In this document: piece after piece, positions 30,101-42,840 of the stretch
Position numbering within the stretch: the stretch's first letter is position 1
How the letters are laid out: each line of letters opens with the position of its first letter
DNA from: Hemiscyllium ocellatum
Lineage: Eukaryota
NCBI RefSeq assembly: GCF_020745735.1
Contig: NC_083420.1
Location: forward strand, 25,668,001 to 25,732,000
Length of the DNA: 64,000 nucleotides
Direction of reading: 5' to 3'
Notes under the pieces: generated by a model
Seen by the model: only the letters and a program-made list of their open reading frames with translations
Database searches by the model: none
Told to the model about the DNA's origin: nothing
Made by a program: the position numbers and the translations under genes

Positions 30101-32293
30101 AGACAGGGACAGGGGGGGGAAGAGAAGACAGGGACAGGGGGGGGAAGAGAAGTCGGGGACAGGGGGGGGGAAGAGAAGACGGGGACGGGGGGGGGAAGAG
30201 AAGACGGGGATGGGGGGGGGAGAAGACAGGATGGGAATGGGGGGGGAAAGAGAGGATGGGCATGAGAAGGTGTGGGGATGGGGGAAGGGAGCATGGGACG
30301 AGTGCGAGGAGAGGATGGAGGCAAGAGTCAGAGATGTACACCATGGAAACAGACACTTCGGTTCAACTTGTCCACACTGACCAAATTTCCTTATCTAATC
30401 TAGTCCCATTTGAAAGCACCTGGACCATATCCCACTAAACTTTTTCTATTCATATACTCATCCAGCAGGGGGGCGGCGGGGGGAAGAGAGGATGGGCATG
30501 GGGGGGGGGGGGAAGAGAAGATGGGAATGAGAAGGGGTGGGGATGGGGGAAGAGAGCATTGGAGAAGTGTGAGGAGAGGTTGGGGGCAAGAGTCATAGAG
30601 ATGTACACCATGGAAACAGACACTTCGGTCCAACTTGTCCACACTGACCAGATTTCCTTATCTAATCTAGTCCCATTTGACAGCACCTGGACCATATCCC
30701 ACTAAACCTTTTCTATTCATATACTCATCCAGGTGCCTTTTAAATGCTGTAATTGTGCTAGCCTCTGACAGCTCATTCCATACATGCACCATCCTGTGTG
30801 TGAATAGGGTGCCCTTAGTTCCCATTTATATCTTTCCCGTTCACCCTAAATCTATACCCTCTAGGTCTGGACTCCGCCACACAGGGAAAAGACCTTGTCT
30901 ATTCACCTTATCCATGCCCCTCATGATTTTATAAACTCTTTGTGAGGTCACCCCTCAGCCTCCAACTCTCCAGGGAAAACAGCCCGAGCCTATTCAGCCT
31001 CTCCCTATAGCTCAAATCCTCCAGCACTGGCAACATCCTTGTAAATCTTCTCTGAACCCTGTCAAGTTTCAAAGCACCCTTCCGATAGGAAGAAGTTCAG
31101 AATTGCACGCAACATTCCAAAAGTGGCTTCACAACATCCTGTACAGCTACCCATAACCTCCCAACTCCCTTACTCAATTGAACTTAATATCCCTACAGTG
31201 TGGAAACAAGCCATTTGGACCAACATGTCCACATCGACCCTCCAAAGAGTAACTCACCCAGACCCATTCCTCTAACCTATTACTCTACATTTATCCCAAC
31301 TCATGTACATAACTGTACATGACTGTAAGTAATCTAATCTAATCTAATTTACAAATCCCTGAACACTATGAGTAATCTAGCATGGTCAATTCGCCTAACC
31401 TGCACATCTTTGGAGGAAACTGGCATACCGGAGAAAACCCATACAAACATGGGGAGAATGTGCAAACTCTGCACAGACAGTTGCCCGTGGGTGGAATAGA
31501 ACCCTGGTCCCAGGTGCTGTGAGGCAGCAGTGCTACCCAGAGACACCGTGCCGCCAATAAAGGACAACATTCCAAACACCTTCTTCACTAACCTATCCAT
31601 CTGAGACTCTACTTTCAAGTAACTATGAACCTGCACTCCAAGATCTCTTTGTTCAGCAACACTCTCCAGAACCTTACCATTAACAGTGTAAGTCCTGCCC
31701 TGATTTGCTTTTTCCAAAATGCAGAACCTCACATTTATCTAAGTTAAAATCCATCTACCACTTCTCAGCCCATCGACCCGCCTGGTCCAAATCCTGTTGT
31801 AATCTGAGGTAACCCTCTTCGCTGTCCACTCCACCTCCAATTTTGGTGTCACCTGCAAACTTACTAACTGTACCTCTTATGCTCACGTCCAAATCATTGA
31901 TATAAATGACAAAAAGGATGGGGGACGGGCCTAGAGGACGCGGGATGGGGGATGGGGCAAGAGGATGTGGAAGAGAGGATGAGGAGAGGGGAAGAGGATG
32001 GGCGGAAGGAGATGGGGTGAAGGAGATGGGGTGAAGGAGTGGGGGAAGGGGTGTGGAGAAGAGGTAGAGTTAGAAAATGGGGATGGAGGATCGGTTTGTA
32101 AAGGACGAAGGGTCAAGGGATTTTTTTTTCTCTTTAAGGTGTAGAACAACCCCTGGTGAATGACACATCATTCCTCACTCCGGTTTGTTTAACCCCCACT
32201 CAAACCGCCTCATCCCACAAACCTGGCGGCTTCCCGGTCCATTCCGATCTCCCCCACTTCGGTGGGAGACCCCGCGTTCTCGGTGCGCAACAT
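24113..32293 (-). CDS. HMOX2: Heme oxygenase 2, ~304 aa
   Basis: complement(join(32223-32293,28083-28200,25764-26255,24584-24701,24113-24228)), 915 nt, phases consistent. Proximal His (KESHDRAE), signature [18 protein letters not shown], Cys-Pro heme regulatory motifs (KCPFY, GCPL) diagnostic of HO-2, and a C-terminal TM anchor ending GWYLL*. The first coding exon is the least certain. Confidence 0.95.
24757..24784 (+). repeat. (CAAT)7 microsatellite in HMOX2 intron
   Basis: Perfect 7 x CAAT. Confidence 0.95.
29300..30245 (+). repeat. G-rich minisatellite, unit ~24-27 bp GAAGAGAAGACGGGGAC(G)6-10
   Basis: Roughly 30 tandem copies directly visible, within a purine-rich tract at ~28990-30320 that resumes at 31915-32100. 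Confidence 0.95.
30323..31915 (-). mobile_element. CR1 LINE fragment in HMOX2 intron 1, with duplicated 3' end and a nested SINE (~31190-31555)
   Basis: Homology to 6683-7655; ORF 31349-31732 contains [10 protein letters not shown]. Confidence 0.8.
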
Positions 32294-32299
32294 CAGTGA

Positions 32300-32520
32300 G
32301 GATAATCACGAATGACAGCCGCGGCCCGGCCCGACCATCGCTCCGAGAAAGTTAACGAAAAGGAATCCGGACAGTCAGCCCAGCGCCGCGAGCGTCTATC
32401 TGCCGGAGCGTCTCTCTCTCTCTTGTCCCGACTAGCTTCACGGTGACGGGAAATTGCGTCACCAGACCCACAGTGACCGGACATGACGTCAGTGGTTGCT
32501 GTGGAAACGGAGGCCTCATC
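32300..32520 (-). promoter_or_regulatory. HMOX2 CpG-rich promoter with palindromic CRE
   Basis: CpG-dense stretch immediately upstream of the ATG exon, with TGACGTCA at 32484-32491 and a CRE-like TGCGTCA at 32455-32461. Confidence 0.55.
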
Positions 32521-33480
32521 CTTACTCCCAGCATATGCGCCAAGGGTTAAATGTTCATGGAGCGACTCCCACACCATTTTCCCCCAATTTGAGCTCAGCC
32601 TCACGTCCTCTCTAACCTCTCCAGTGGGAATCCAGTGATTGATCAGTGTGCGGAGGCTGGGATTTTCACCTCACTCACCATGAGGGCCCCCCGCTTTCCA
32701 CATCTGTGGGATGAAGGTGGAGCCCAGCCTGAGAGTGCCTTGTACCTTGGTTTCACCTTGAGGGTCTCGGCTTTACTCTGGTTTCTATTCCGTGTTCCTG
32801 GATCGTAGCGGCCACGGGATGATCGATGAGCCTCTTCGCAGATCTGGATTGGCAGCCACCTCCCGCAGCTGACAGCTGTCATTAACCTTATCGACATTAT
32901 GTCTGTCTTAGAGGTTCAGCCCTCTTCAATCGGATCTCGATAGCAACTGAGCCGTCGTGCTCATTGCGCCCAGAGCACAGAATTAAATTGTAACAGGGTA
33001 AATGGCTGATCCCAGCTGATCTCACTCTCTCTCGGCTGTTTTCCGTCTCCCGTTGTCTTTCCCTCATTCTCGGTGTATGAAGCAGTATTGTACATTAACA
33101 TTTATATCTTATATTTGGATCCAGTCGAAATTCAAATGTTTAACTTTACCTTTGCAACTAGAAAGATCGCTTAAAATATGAGGACAAAGTGATTGAAAAG
33201 TATACTGAACCGCTGAGAATCAGTATGCAGGTTATGTCATGTAATCTAGTTTAAATTGTTTGAAGAGTTCACTGGCAAGGTGAACAGTTGTGCAATAAAT
33301 TAATAAAGGTTGGAGCGGGAACATGCATAAGGTAAAGATAGATTGCGTGAGTCAGTGATACTGTGACATTTGGAATTCAGTGTTTGGGAGTTCATTTGGT
33401 ATGGATCTAAGTATGGTAATATGTCTGACAGAATAATAATAGACCCAAGAAGAGGAAAGGAAACCTAAATCTCCAAATAC

Positions 33481-33611
33481 ATTCTAGATGAAGCGTTTTT
33501 GCCCGAAACGTCGATTCTCCTGCTGCTCAGATACTTCCTGACCTGCTGTGCTTTTCCAGCACCACGCTTTTCAACTCTGATCTCCGGCATTTGTAGTTCT
33601 CACTTCCTCCT
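33481..33611 (+). mobile_element. PLE family A 3' fragment beginning at a decayed hammerhead
   Basis: attc-TAGATGA-AGCGTTTTTGCCC-GAAAC-GTC-gatt...CTCACTTCCTCC, flanked by TCCAAATA on both sides. Confidence 0.7.
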
Positions 33612-36034
33612 TTCCAAATAGATGTCAATAAAATATAGTACACAGATACAAATGGTTATCTAAAAGCTTAATAGACTATTGGCCTTTATCTCCAGACTTG
33701 GATTACAAAGAGAATGCAAGCTATTATTCAGTTCCACAAAATCTTGCCCGGCTCATTTCTGGAGAACTGCACTTGGATTTAGACAGGGTGAGATCCTGGA
33801 AGATGCATTGGGCTTTGAGAGGGGCTGCAGTGTATATTCGCCAAAATTATACCAGGGCTTAAAGGGTTACATTGAGGTCAACTCACATAAAGGTGGCTTA
33901 TATTTCTTTGAGTTAATAGAATGTTAGAGGGCAGATTGACAGAGATGTGAGTCAAATCAAAAAGATTTGTTGTGCCAAATAGAGGGAAACAAGTTCATCT
34001 GATACAAAAGTCCAGCACAGAGGGACTTCATTGTAAAATTAGTACCAGCCTGGTCAGGAGTGAAATAGCAGAGATCTTTTCCATCACACGCTTACCCAAA
34101 AAAGCCTATCAAACTCAATCTTGGAAAATTCCAGTTGACATCCAGCACACAAAAGCTTTTAGGGAGAGAATTCCAGATTTCCAAAATCTCTTGGTGCCTA
34201 AGAGTGGAACATGTTCTATGGGGACATGTTGAATTTTATTGTACTTCCTGTAATTTTCAAGTTAAGATGTTTTGTAATGTACTTTTACAAATTTTATTAA
34301 ATTCTGTTTCAGGGAAAAAAATCAATTTCCATGTTTAAATTCTTCCCAGTTCAATGGTTTCTAATAAAGGTCAAATACTGTGGATACTGAAGATCTGAAA
34401 TAAAAATAGTGAGAAGCAGAGTTAACATTTCGAGTCCCGTGACTCTTTGCTTTTGGAACTGTATCAGTTTATGTTTCAGTTTCAAAGACAAATCATTGGA
34501 CTCTAAATATTAACTCTTTCTCTTTCCAAAGATGCAGCCTAACCCACTGAGCTTTTTCAGCACTTTCTGTTTTTATTTTAGGTTTGTTTGTGTTTTGTCT
34601 TTGCTGAGTTAGCCAAACTTGAGTATATTTTACAAACATTTTGTTTAATTGTGATGGAAATATGCAAAAAATTGAACAAGGACTATGTACAAACATATAC
34701 ATATTTATAGATCATAGTTCACTCTGACAAGCCTAGTATCTGATTTTCACACAAAACTGTCTTAAAAATTCTTGAAATATAAATACTTTCGGAACAGCAT
34801 ATAATCCAACTATCTCACCACCTTGAAGAATGTCTTGTTTGCTAATTACTGTACAATAATCCATGCCTGCAGCACGTCCGTTACAATTCAGCTGAGCCCA
34901 TCAAAGACGAAGCACTTCCTTTATTGTGTAATATAAAAATATGTTGAAGAACTCAGCAGTTTTGTGTTAGGACACACAAAGGAAAATATTCCCAGCAGTG
35001 GGGAAAAAGATCATGAGTGTAATCAATTACTGGGATTCAGTGACAGATGCTTTCGGCCTTTCTGAGGTAGGGAGACAGAGAAAAGGTGGCTGAATCCTGC
35101 TCCTGATCGTATAAGACAATGATCCCTGCTGAAAGCTGTGTGCATTTGATCTCCAGGTTTGGGCTTTAATTCTTTAGTACTTCCCCCAAAGCTGAATAGC
35201 CGATGGCAGTTACACATGAAAGATTAGCCATTTTGACAAAGCACTAGAGGGTTGCTGTAGTCAAGGAAGTGTGTCGCAGCTGGATACAGCAATGCCAGAA
35301 AGAATAGAATGAGGAAATGGAGCAGTTGCTCTAAAGGTGACTAAGTTGATGAAATTGCAAGTCGGTCAGTTGTTTACCAAACGAAACAAAATCCTAGGAG
35401 ACTAAAGTACAAAATACTCTAATCAGTCTTCCGTAATCCAGTCCCCAGAGGGAAAAAACAGGAATTTCCATAAACAGGTTAAGTGGGAAGACTTGCAAAA
35501 AAAACCTAGGGATTAGTTTAATTAAAATTGTTTAAGCACAACAATAGAACAACCATCTAATCTTAGAATTGGAAAAGAATAGTTTGAAAATTTAAGATTA
35601 CTGAGAGAGGTGAAGAAAATGGAGACCAAAGTAAAAGTTAAAATGCTGAATGGATGGATAATTCCCTAGATTATTAACTTGAGAAAATAACACTAATTTA
35701 CTATCCTATTACAGTTTTACACATGGTGTCCCTCTCACTGGGAATTAGCATCCTCCCCTCTAACAATAAGTGCACTGTGACTACAATATATACCAAAACA
35801 GGAATCACTAAAGCAACATACAGAAGATTCTTCCAGAGTGTTACACAATCTTTCAGTTATCTGAAAGTTTAATTGAAATGGGATAACTATGTGCTAAAGA
35901 AAGAAAATAAATGCAAATATTTGTTGCAGTGAATTGGTAGGGGTTTAAAAAAAAGGACAGTATGAACCTTCCTCACGTCATAATGATGGAATAACTACTT
36001 TGTACATTTTCCACTCCCAGCAAAATATAATTCT

Positions 36035-36455
36035 GTTTGCTCAGTTAGAGACATTTGCCTCTGAGTCAGTAGGAAATAGGTTGAAATTCAATTCCAGCAC
36101 TTCAGCACTTAATCTAGATTGACAGTCCAGCGCTGCATTGTTGGAGGTGCTATCTTTTGGATGAAATGTTAAATTGTGACGTAGTCTGCCCTCTCTGATG
36201 GATGTAACAGATCTCATGGTACTATTTGAAAAAGAACAAAGGAGTTCTCTCTGGTGTTCTGGTCAATATTTAACTTTCAACTAACTTCACTAATGGAAAT
36301 TTCCTAGTCATTATTATATTGCTGCATGTGGGCGCTTGCTGTGCAAACAATGGCAGGTTTAATACCTAATTGTCCCAGTGACAAAATGTCAGAAGTGTTT
36401 CATTGGCTGTAAAAGCATTGTTGTGGATAGGCAATATAGAAATGCAACTTCTTGA
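36035..36455 (+). mobile_element. Ancient DeuSINE-like (SacSINE/AmnSINE-type) remnant
   Basis: GCCTCTGAGTCAG...GCTGCATTGTTGGAGGTGCTATCTTTTGGATGAAATGTTAAA...GGATGTAACAGATCTCATGGTACTATTT. Related pieces at ~49200-49680(+) and ~61050-61290(-). Family name by recognition only. Confidence 0.55.
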
Positions 36456-38689
36456 TATACGTAACTATCGACCTTTTAAACTGTGAAGTCATGATCAAAA
36501 ATGCTGTTCTTAAAACCCATTCTAAATATTTTGAACTAATAGTTCCTTCCCTGTATTTTTCGTTTTAGAAATGTCAAGCTGGTAAGATGCAAACTTGACA
36601 ATAATTAACCACAACTTCTGAATTCAGTGTCACCAGCACTATTTTTTACCCTTGCCGAGTTCTGCACTTGAGTTTCAAGATAAGTAACACAGATAGAAGT
36701 AAATTGTCTGGCTCAGATGTTGAGAACAACACCACAGAACTTATAAAGGTAGTCAGTCTGGAGGAAGATAGCACACAATAAAAGAGATATTTTCAACGGT
36801 AGTGAATACTTGTAATAAGGCAGTTAATGTAGTGTTTATTCATTGCAGATTCGCAGTAGTTTAAAGGCTAGATTGCAAACAGAGGTAACCTGACTTCTCC
36901 ATGGGATACCTGATCCATAGACCATAGAAATTTTATCTGTGGAAAGTAACTTGATGAAGGCTCAATAGTGACAGTATCAGGATGGGTCTGTATTCTAGGA
37001 TTTTACTTGATCATTTGAGCTTCAAAAAATGTTTATATTTCAATAGCACTTTCACTATCAGAGTTCACCCCAAAGTGTTTTACACCCATTAAATATTTTT
37101 GAATCTAGTCATTGTGGCAGTAAATGTTGTCATGAAGATACCATTTGTTTTTGTGATGTTGATTGAGGAATAAATATTGGACAGGTGAACTTATATACAA
37201 ACATACAAATTTGGACCGGGAAATCTAAAGAGCACTTCAGCCCTCAACAGGATCATGGCTGGTCTGATTACTCCACATTCCTGTCTGCCCCCAATAACCT
37301 TACACTCCCTTGCCTATCAAGAATCTATGTCTCTATTTTAAAAATATTCAAGGACTCTGCTTCTTATATGGAAGAGAATTCCAAAGATTAATGACCCTCC
37401 TTAAAATTTCTCCTTATCTGTATCTTAAATAGGTGACTTCTTGTTTTTTAAAAGGTGACCCTTCATTCTAGAACCTTCCTCTTCTATAAATACCCTGCCA
37501 AGACCTTTTAAGATCATATATGTTTCAATTAAGACTGCTCTTGCACTTTTTGAACTCCAACAGATTCAAGCCTAGCGTGTTCAACTTTTTCCCAAAAATT
37601 TGATTTGATTTATTGTTGTTGCATGTATTTAAGTACAATGAAAAATTTTGTTTTGCGTGCAGTACAGCCAGATCATAACATATAAATCTTAGGGTGTTTG
37701 GACAGAGCGAGACATGCAAGGTTACAGCTGAACAGGAGATTTGAAATCAGAACCATTCAGCAGTCTAATAACAACAGGGAAGAAGTTGTTCTTGAACCTG
37801 TTGGTACATGTGTTTAAGATTCAGTATCTTCTGCCTGAGGATGTTGGAAGAGAATATTATATGGGTGGGGAGGTTCTTTGATGATGTTGGCTGCCTTTCC
37901 GGCGGCAGTGGGAAGTGTAGTTGGAGCCCATAGTTGGGAGATTGGCTTGTGTGATTGTCTGGGCTGTGTATACAACCCAACCGTTCTATGTCTTAGTCTA
38001 ATTAGTCTTCTCCGAAATTGTTCCGGTGCATTTACATCTTTTCTTAAATAAGAGATTCATATTGTGCACAGCACACTACATGTGGTCTTACCAATGTCCG
38101 GATCACTGAAGTATACTTTTGTACCAACCTTACATTATATTAGAACACTCAATTAATTTTCCTCATTTCTTGCTGTACTTGCAACCTAATCTTGTGCAAT
38201 TCATGCACCAACATTCAAATCCATTTACATCTCAGATCCCTGTAATATCTCAGCATTTAGATTTTTTAAAATTCATCCTGGCAAAATGGACAATTCTACA
38301 TTTCCTACAGTTTACTCCATTTGCCTGCACTTTGCTCACTCAGCATATCAATATGCCTTTGCTGCCTTCTTAAATCTCTTCACAAATTATTTTCATACAT
38401 ATCTTCATACAAATCAACAACTTAGCAACCATTGCCCCTTTCTGGTATTGAGACTGGCTGGAATGCAATGAGGGGTACATCGGGTTCCAAGAGATTGATT
38501 GTGTCAGGGGAGTCTCTAGTCCAAGGTACAGACAGACATTTCCTTGACCAGCAGCAAAAAATCAGAATGATGTGTTGCTTCCTGGTGTCAGGATCAAGGA
38601 TGCCTCAGAGAGGGTACAGAATGTTCTCAAGGGGGAGAGGGGCCAGCAGGAAGTCATTGTACACATTTAGGGCCAGCTATCAAAATTCT

Positions 38690-41600
38690 CTTAGTTTTAA
38701 AATAGTGATGGAAAAAGATAGACCAGATCTAAAATTTGAAGTTCGAATTTGGAGAAAGGCCAATTTTAACAGTATTATGCAAGAACTTTAAAAAGCTGAT
38801 TAGGGGCAGATGTTCGCAGGTAAGGGGAGAGCTGGAAAATGGGAAGCCTTCAGAAGTGAGATAATGAGAGCCCAGAGACAGTATATTTCTGTTAGAATGA
38901 AAGAGAAGGCTGGTAGGTACAGGGAATGCTGGATGACTAAAGAAATTGAGGGCTTGGTTAAGAAAAAGAAGAAAGCATATGTTAGGTATAGACAGGATAG
39001 ATCGAATGAATCCTTAGAAGAGTGTAAAGGCAGTAGGAGTATAGGACATAAGATAGCTTTGGCAAATAGAGTTAAGGAAAATCCAAAGGGTTCTTACAAA
39101 TACATTAAGGACAAAAGAGTAACTAGGGAGAGAATAGGGCCCCTCAAAGATCAGCAAGGCGGCCTTTGTGTAGAGCCACAGGTGATGGGGGAGATACAAA
39201 ATGAGTATTTTGCATCAGTATTTACTGTGGAAAAGGACATGGAAGATATAGAATGTAGGGAAATAGATGGTGACATCTTGAAAAATGTCCATATTATAGA
39301 GGAGGAAGGGCTGGATATCTTGAAATGCACAAAAGTGGATAAACCCCCAGAACATAATCAGGTAAAGCCTAGAACTCTGTGGGAAGCTAGGAAAGTGATT
39401 GCTGAGCCTCTTGGTGATACATTTGTATTATCGATTGTCACGGGTGAGGTGTGGAAGACTGGAGGTTGGCTAACACTGTGCCACTATTTAAGAAAGGTGG
39501 TAAGAACAAGCCAGGGAACTATGGACCAGTGAGCCTGATGTCAGTGGTGGGCAAATTGTTGGAGGGAATCCTAAGGGACAGGATGTACATGTATTTGGAA
39601 AGGCAAGGACTGGTTAGGGATAGTCAACATGGCTTTGTGTGTGGGAAATCATGTCTCACAAACTTGATTGAGTTTTTTGAAGAAGTAACAAAGAGGATTG
39701 ATGAAGGCAGAGCGGTAGACATGCTCTACAGAGGAACTTTGATTATCCAAATATCAATTATCCAAATATTGGATTATCCGAAGGGGATCTCAAGGTCCCA
39801 ATAGAAACCTTACATCAAAGAGCTGTTTCAACCTTGATTGCATCTTTTGTTTACAGGTACAATGATTAAAAATGAACTTGAGTGACTGAAATGCTGCCAA
39901 GAACAGTCCTGGACAGTCCAGGTACCGTCTCTAAATGACTGACCTCCAATACTCTCTCTCTCGCCCCACACTTTCCCTGGAGTTCTACGTAGGGGGGAGA
40001 CCTAAAACCCCTTCCCCAGATAATCTCTCCAACATTGTCCTGTACAGGGCGGAGGTGGAACCTGTCAAATTGTTGTGCGTGTGTGTGTGCGCGTGCGCTA
40101 TTTGCAGACTTAGCCCACAAAGGCAGCAGCAGCCTTACTGTCGGTGTACAGTCCAGCTGCCCTGGCAAAGGGGGGTGGGCTGGGGGGAGGGTGTTGCAGG
40201 GTGGGTAGGGGCGCTGAAGGGGGTTGAACAGTGGGTAGGGAAGGATGAGGGTGCGGGGTTGGGGGAGTGGGTTTGGGGACGGGCGTGAGGTGGATGGGGG
40301 CTGGTGTGGGAGCGGATGGAGGGCTATTGGTTGGGGGTTGGGGGTGGGGTGGCAGCAGAAGGGGTTGGGGAAGGCAGGGGCATGAGGTGGGAGCAGACAC
40401 TGTTGAGGGCGGGCAGGGAATGGGGTCTCGAGTGCGGTGTGCTGCTGCCTAGTCTCCTGAATGGGGAGCAGACTTCACAGAAAACTCCTAGCCCCAGTGG
40501 AAATCAATTAACTGAATAATTGATTATCCGAACGAAATAGTGCCCGCCCATCTTGATTGATAATCGAGGTTCCTCCGTATATGGGCTTCAATAAGGTGTT
40601 CAACAAGGTTCCCCATGGGAGACTGGTTAGCAAGGTTAGATCTCATGGAATACAGGGGGAACTAGCCATTTGGATACAGAACTGGCTCAAAGGTAGGAGA
40701 CAGAGGGTGGTGGTGGAGGATTGTTTCTCAGACTGGAGGCCTGTGACCAGTGGAATGCTACAAAGATCGGTGTTGACTGCACTACTTTTCATCATTTATG
40801 TAAAAGATTTGGATGCGAGCTTAAGAGGCATAGTTAGTAAATTTGCAGAAGGCACCAAAATTGGAGGTGTAGTGGACGGCGAAGAAGGTTATCTCTGATT
40901 ACAACAGGATCTTGATCAGATGAACCAATGGGCTGGAGAGTTGCAGATGGAGTTTAATTTAGATAAATGCGAGGTGCTGCAGTTTGGTAAATCAAATCTT
41001 ACCAGGATGTATACACTGAAAAGTAAGGTCCTAGGGAGTGTTGCTGAACAAAGAGACCTTGGAGTACAGGTTCATAGCTCCTTGAAAGTGGAGTCGCAAG
41101 TAGATAGGATTGTGAAGAAGGTGTTTGGTATGCTTTCCTTCATTGGTCAGAGTATTGAGTACAGGAGTTGGGAGGTCATGTTGCGACTGTATAGAACATT
41201 AGTTAGGCCACTGTTGGAATATTGCGTGCAATTCTGGTTTCCATCCTATTGGAAAGATATGGTGAAACTTGAGAGGGTTCAGAAAAGATTTACAAGGATG
41301 TTGCCAGGGTTAGAGGATTTGAGCTATAGGGAGAGGTGGAATAGGCTGGGGCTGTTTTCCCTGGAGCATTGGAAGCTGAGGGTTGACCTTATAGAGATTT
41401 ATTAAATCATGAGGAGCATGGATAGATAAGGTTTTTTCCCTAGGGTGGGAGAATCCAAAACCAAAACTCGAGGGTATAGGTTTAGGGTGAGAGGGGAAAG
41501 ATATAAAAGAGTCCTCAAGGACAGCTTTTTCACGCAGCGGGTGATGTGTGTGTGGAATGAGCTGCTAGTGGAAGTAGTGGAGGCTAATACAATTGCAGCA

Positions 41601-41755
41601 TTTAAAAGGCATCTGGATGGGTATATGAATAGGAAGGGTTTGGAGGGATATTGGCCGGGTGGTTTTAGATTAGGTTGGGATATCTGACCAGCATGGACGA
41701 GTTGAACTGAAGGGTCTGTTTCCGTTTTGTACATCTCTGTGACTCTATGACTCTA
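38690..41755 (+). mobile_element. CR1 LINE (degenerate ORF2), interrupted by a DNA transposon
   Basis: ORF fragments 38810-39532, 39451-39804, 40557-40898 and 40920-41405 match CR1 RT, with a 3' tail GACTCTATGACTCT at ~41741-41755. Confidence 0.9.
39729..40577. mobile_element. Non-autonomous Tc1/mariner-pogo (Tigger-like) DNA transposon
   Basis: TIRs CAGAGGAACTTTGATTATC / GATAATCGAGGTTCCTCCG with TA duplicated at 39727-28 and 40578-79. Removing it restores CR1 RT AVDMLY-MGFNK. Confidence 0.85.
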
Positions 41756-42840
41756 AGTTGCACCCTCTTGATTTACAACCATTTCTGGGATGTTACCTAC
41801 ATCCTCTACAGTGAAGACCCATGCAAAATACTTGATCAATTCATCTGCACTATCCTTAATTCCCATTAGTAATTCCTCATACTCACTTTTTATAGGATCA
41901 ATGCTCACTTTGTTAACTCTTTTTAAACAATCTATAGAAATTCTTACTAGCTCTTTTTATATTTATAGCTTTCTCTCATGTACTAATTTTCCCTTGTTAA
42001 TCATTTAGTCATTCTTTGCTTCTTTATAGATTCTGTTCAATCTTCTGATTTTCACCTACCTTGTGTAACTAAATGCTTTTCCTATAGGATAGATAGTATA
42101 TTTTATCTTTTTAGTTAATCAATCAAATCGCTACAATGGTGGATCTTCCCTCAGAATTGTTCTTTCCTGTTGAAATGTAACAACTCTGTGTATTCTGAAA
42201 TATCTCTTTCATTGTCTGCCATTGTATTTCTATTAATATCAAACTAAATTGTTAGTTCAAATCTGCTAGGTCTGTTTTCATGGTCTCGTCATTACCTTTA
42301 TCTAATTTGAAAATATTTGTCTTGGACTCATTTCTCCCACTTTAAAACTGAATGTAAAACTTAGTCATTCCATTGTTGCTACTACCTAAAGGTACCTTTT
42401 CTATGAGATGATTAATTCTATCTCATTCCACATATCTCATCTAATGGACCCTGCTCTCTTGTTGACTCCAGAATGTGTAGTTCTAAAGTACTATCCTGAA
42501 ATAATTCTGTGAACTCATTATCAAGGCTATCTTTGACTCTCTGTTTTTTTTCAATCTATATGCTTTTTTTATACTTCACCTGACTTTATTGCTCCTTTTC
42601 AGGGGTGGGAAATGCGTGCACAAAATGACCATAAATTACTTCATGCTTTTATAATTCCTCATCTCTCCCTAATCTGCGTCTGCATCCTGAATTCCTGAAC
42701 TAAGGTAATTGCTCTGTATTTTGTTAATATCATCATATGACAGGAGAAGTGTGAGATGTTCAGTATCAACTGTTTCTTCTCTTATGAGCAATCCCTTCCA
42801 AACTGTGAGATAATGGATCAGGAGATAGATTGTCTTAAAT

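Noticed and set aside
28990-30438. Long Gly/Arg-rich (482 aa) and Pro-rich (391, 387 aa) ORFs
   Set aside because: By-products of a T-poor G-rich minisatellite inside an HMOX2 intron; no domain content.
32500-38600. NMRAL1 or another gene divergent from HMOX2
   Set aside because: No recognisable coding exons by eye; mostly decayed repeats. Small exons cannot be excluded without tblastn.
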